Shown: in pieces, positions 61,313 through 64,000 of the stretch
How the letters are laid out: each line of letters opens with the position of its first letter
Numbering within the stretch: position 1 is the first letter of the stretch
Assembly (NCBI GenBank): GCA_030390025.1
Contig: CM059432.1
Span: 39,372,001 to 39,436,000 of the forward strand
Direction of reading: 5' to 3'
DNA from: Squalus acanthias
Lineage: Eukaryota
Length of the DNA stretch: 64,000 nucleotides
The notes under the pieces: model-generated
Database searches by the model: none
Seen by the model: only the letters and a program-made list of their open reading frames with translations
What the model was told of the DNA's origin: nothing
Translations under genes and position numbers: made by a program

Positions 61313-62969
61313 TGTAAGGGATTCTGACCCTGCGTGTCTCGCAGCCTGTGAGATTCACGCGGCTCTGTGCAGCCTGTATGTCAGTGCGGGTCTAGGCCTT
61401 ATTGCCTGTTCTGGTCTCCAGCCAGTCTGGGAACACTAGACACACCTGTGAGTGGTTCGAATCACTCGCCCTTACGGTTCTAGACACTGGACTTAGATGC
61501 GAGAGCAGTAATGGAGATGAAACTCATGTAGACTCGGTTGAATGGTACGAAATGGAAAATCTTTATTGCATGATACTTAAGATTATGAAATACATGTCAT
61601 AAGCACAGTTTAATGACAGTACAATCTTACAAGCAGTTATATAGTCGATCTTAGGGAAACGAGGAACGAACGGCACACCGTAAATAGGGGCACACATTAC
61701 AAATATCCTTAATCCTTAAACCCTCCCCTATCAATATCTATCCTAACTAGATTCGTAGGATTTCGAGACTCATGCTCACCACTCGTGATAACTCGGAGAA
61801 ATTCCGAATAGCTGATCGGATGTTTTTCACCGCAGCACCCACGTGTCGGTCAGGAGATCTCCTGGTCCCACTTGTTTACTTGCTTCTGCTGCTCCGGCTA
61901 GCAGGCTGGACAGTCTGCTGTGATGAAGACCTGTGTTGGTTGGTTTAACAGGTACTTTTCCGAGCACAGTTCAGTTAATATCATCGATGTGATATGTTCT
62001 TTGCAAGTTCGAAGAAGTCTTCCTGGCAAGGAAAACTTGGCTGTTCGACCTACAGGCGCGGTCGGGATTTACTGACCGTGGCGATGAATATGGTCTTCCT
62101 CTCTTCTCATCTCATCTCATCTCATCTCATCTCGGGCCTTTGGTTCCGCTGCCAGTTACCAACATAGGTCTTCGTTACGCGACACGAGGTAGATCCGAAC
62201 GGATCAGAAAGTTCAACAGTCCTTTTCAAAGAGTCAACAGGCAAGCAGGAGCCCGACTACGAGTACACAGGAGCAGCCACGAGGTTACGAAACAAGAGCA
62301 CAGGATAAGAGCACAGGAGCAGCCACGATGATAAGAGAAAGATGGACGGTTTGGAGCCTGCAATTATAGTGCAAAATCTTCCGTTTCCCGCCCAACCTTA
62401 ATGTCCATTCTTTTGTTTAGGGTCTGGCGCTCAAATGTCTTGTATGGGTGATCTCCGTTCTTAATGGGTTTCGGGGCTACTCGTAAATGTCTGAGTACCT
62501 GTTAATATTTCTCCCATTGTTAAATCGGTCGGTGTTCTCCCTGGAGGGGTTGTGGGGCTTCCAAGTGTTTTGTATAACTACCTGCTAACGGCTCTCTCAT
62601 CGTAGAGTCGTTGGGATTTTACATATTAATGTCTTTTGGATGGGCCCTTGATTACTCGGTACAATAGCTTTCATTCGTACCTGGGAGACCGATTTCAGTA
62701 TTTATGTGTATACTGCAAACCCACAATGTCTCGTGTATTATCTTCACTGTGCTGAATCTTAATCGATCTTGCACAAATGTTTATTGGAACGCCATCTTGT
62801 CTGCCTGTTGAAAAGTCTAGAATGTTCTGTCACGAGGTGCGGCGGCCATTTTACAGGCTGCTTGTGTCCACTTTAAACCTGGCAGCATTCTGCTGAAATA
62901 AAAGCTGTTTGAACGAAACTCTGTGTTTTCTCCTTATTAATAAAATCGCGATATATTGCGAATTCTACA
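61313..62969 (-). mobile_element. Solo LTR, 1657 bp (ERV or Gypsy type)
   Basis: TGTAAG...TCTACA ends; perfect 4-bp TSD TAAC (61309-61312 / 62970-62973); minus-strand AATAAA at 61562-61567; no coding capacity; CpG visibly retained. Confidence 0.8.
62107..62133. repeat. (CTCAT)n pentanucleotide repeat inside the LTR
   Basis: Five CTCAT units. Confidence 0.85.
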
Positions 62970-64000
62970 TAACTTTAGGTATAGATTTGGATAGGTGTAT
63001 GGAGGGTTCTAGTGGTGGAAGTGGAAAACTGCTTGTAAGTGAAATTTAAAGGGATGTGGACAACAAAAGGAGACTGTCACAATTTGGTGGCAAAAATTCT
63101 GAAAGCCTTTGGAGAGCCTCAGAAAGCATCTCAACCAATTAACAGCCTTTGCAGAGGTGTCCTTCAGCAGATAGCACAGCACTGCATCTACATCTGGCTC
63201 TTTGATGACCTGGACCTTGAGCAGACAATTCCCTACAGTTAGTGCCAGATAGATATGCCAGGGCCTATGGAAATGACTGTTGGCATCTTGCCAGATGTGG
63301 AGAACCAGGCTAAACTGGCTGTTGATTATCCTCTTTCATGCAGTGTCACTGAAAGCAGGACAGACTGTGAATAGGGTGCTTCCAATTGCTAGAGCATTCA
63401 CATATCTTAGTGGTACCATCGGGTCCATTGTTCCTTTGAGAAGATAGTTCTTATGCGACGGGGTAGGGAGGAATGTTTGGAGGCAGGGTGGCAGCATTGA
63501 ATAGTGGAGCAATGAGAATGGATAAATATTCTGGATTTTCTGTAATTTTGCTGATCAAGGAATATTTACGCAGAATTTTTTTCTCATCAAGTTAAATGGG
63601 TGAAATAGACTATACATTATAGTTTGTATGTGGCTTGTAGTTGGAGCACGTTTGGTGGGCCAAATGGTCTTTTCTGGTTCCATGATTCCTTGGTGGGGAT
63701 TCCTCTCTGTGATCCTGCCCAAAATTGAGTGGGATCACGGTGAGGAATGATGGTAAATGTGGGCTGTGAGGCCTACCACTGCTTCATAGCCCCAAGATTT
63801 CCCTCCTTCAGCCTCGCCGCTGGCCACATTTTTCCCATCTGCCAAATGCAAAAAATGGAGCTCGGCTCGGCTCCCCAGTGGATTTCCTTCTTGTCCGCCC
63901 CACTTACCGCCCCTTTCTGGAGCCACCATGGGGTAGGCGGCAGGAGGGCCAGGAAAGAGCCACTAACGACCAAAGCAGGGACCATGTCATTTTTTTGCTC

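Noticed and set aside
63690..64000. Further MITE at the window end
   Set aside because: GC-rich and plausibly Harbinger-like, but no second TIR or TSD is visible within the window.

Overview
Repeat-dense vertebrate genomic DNA, most likely from a cartilaginous fish (inferred from SacSINE1/DeuSINE-type SINEs and the CR1, L2 and Penelope content). It looks intronic or intergenic. I recognise no intact host gene, only low-confidence candidate exons near 15.0-15.4 kb and 58.5 kb. Most of the window is transposable elements: many CR1 LINEs (two with ORF1 SGNH esterase sequence, one with a nearly intact ORF2), L2 and a further CR1/L2-group LINE, Deu-domain tRNA-SINEs, two TG...CA solo LTRs with 4-bp TSDs (1078 bp and 1657 bp), a Penelope foldback with 109-bp arms carrying hammerhead-ribozyme cores, and a dense set of PIF/Harbinger transposons and MITEs. 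The most notable biology is the Harbinger set. Several copies keep a spliced Myb/SANT gene, or its first exon, but have lost the transposase catalytic core by deletions fusing the N- and C-termini. Their 3-bp TSDs vary widely, and they form nests up to four levels deep whose order can be read from empty sites inside the window. Coordinates were counted by hand and may be off by a few bases. Family names come from motif recognition, not database searches.
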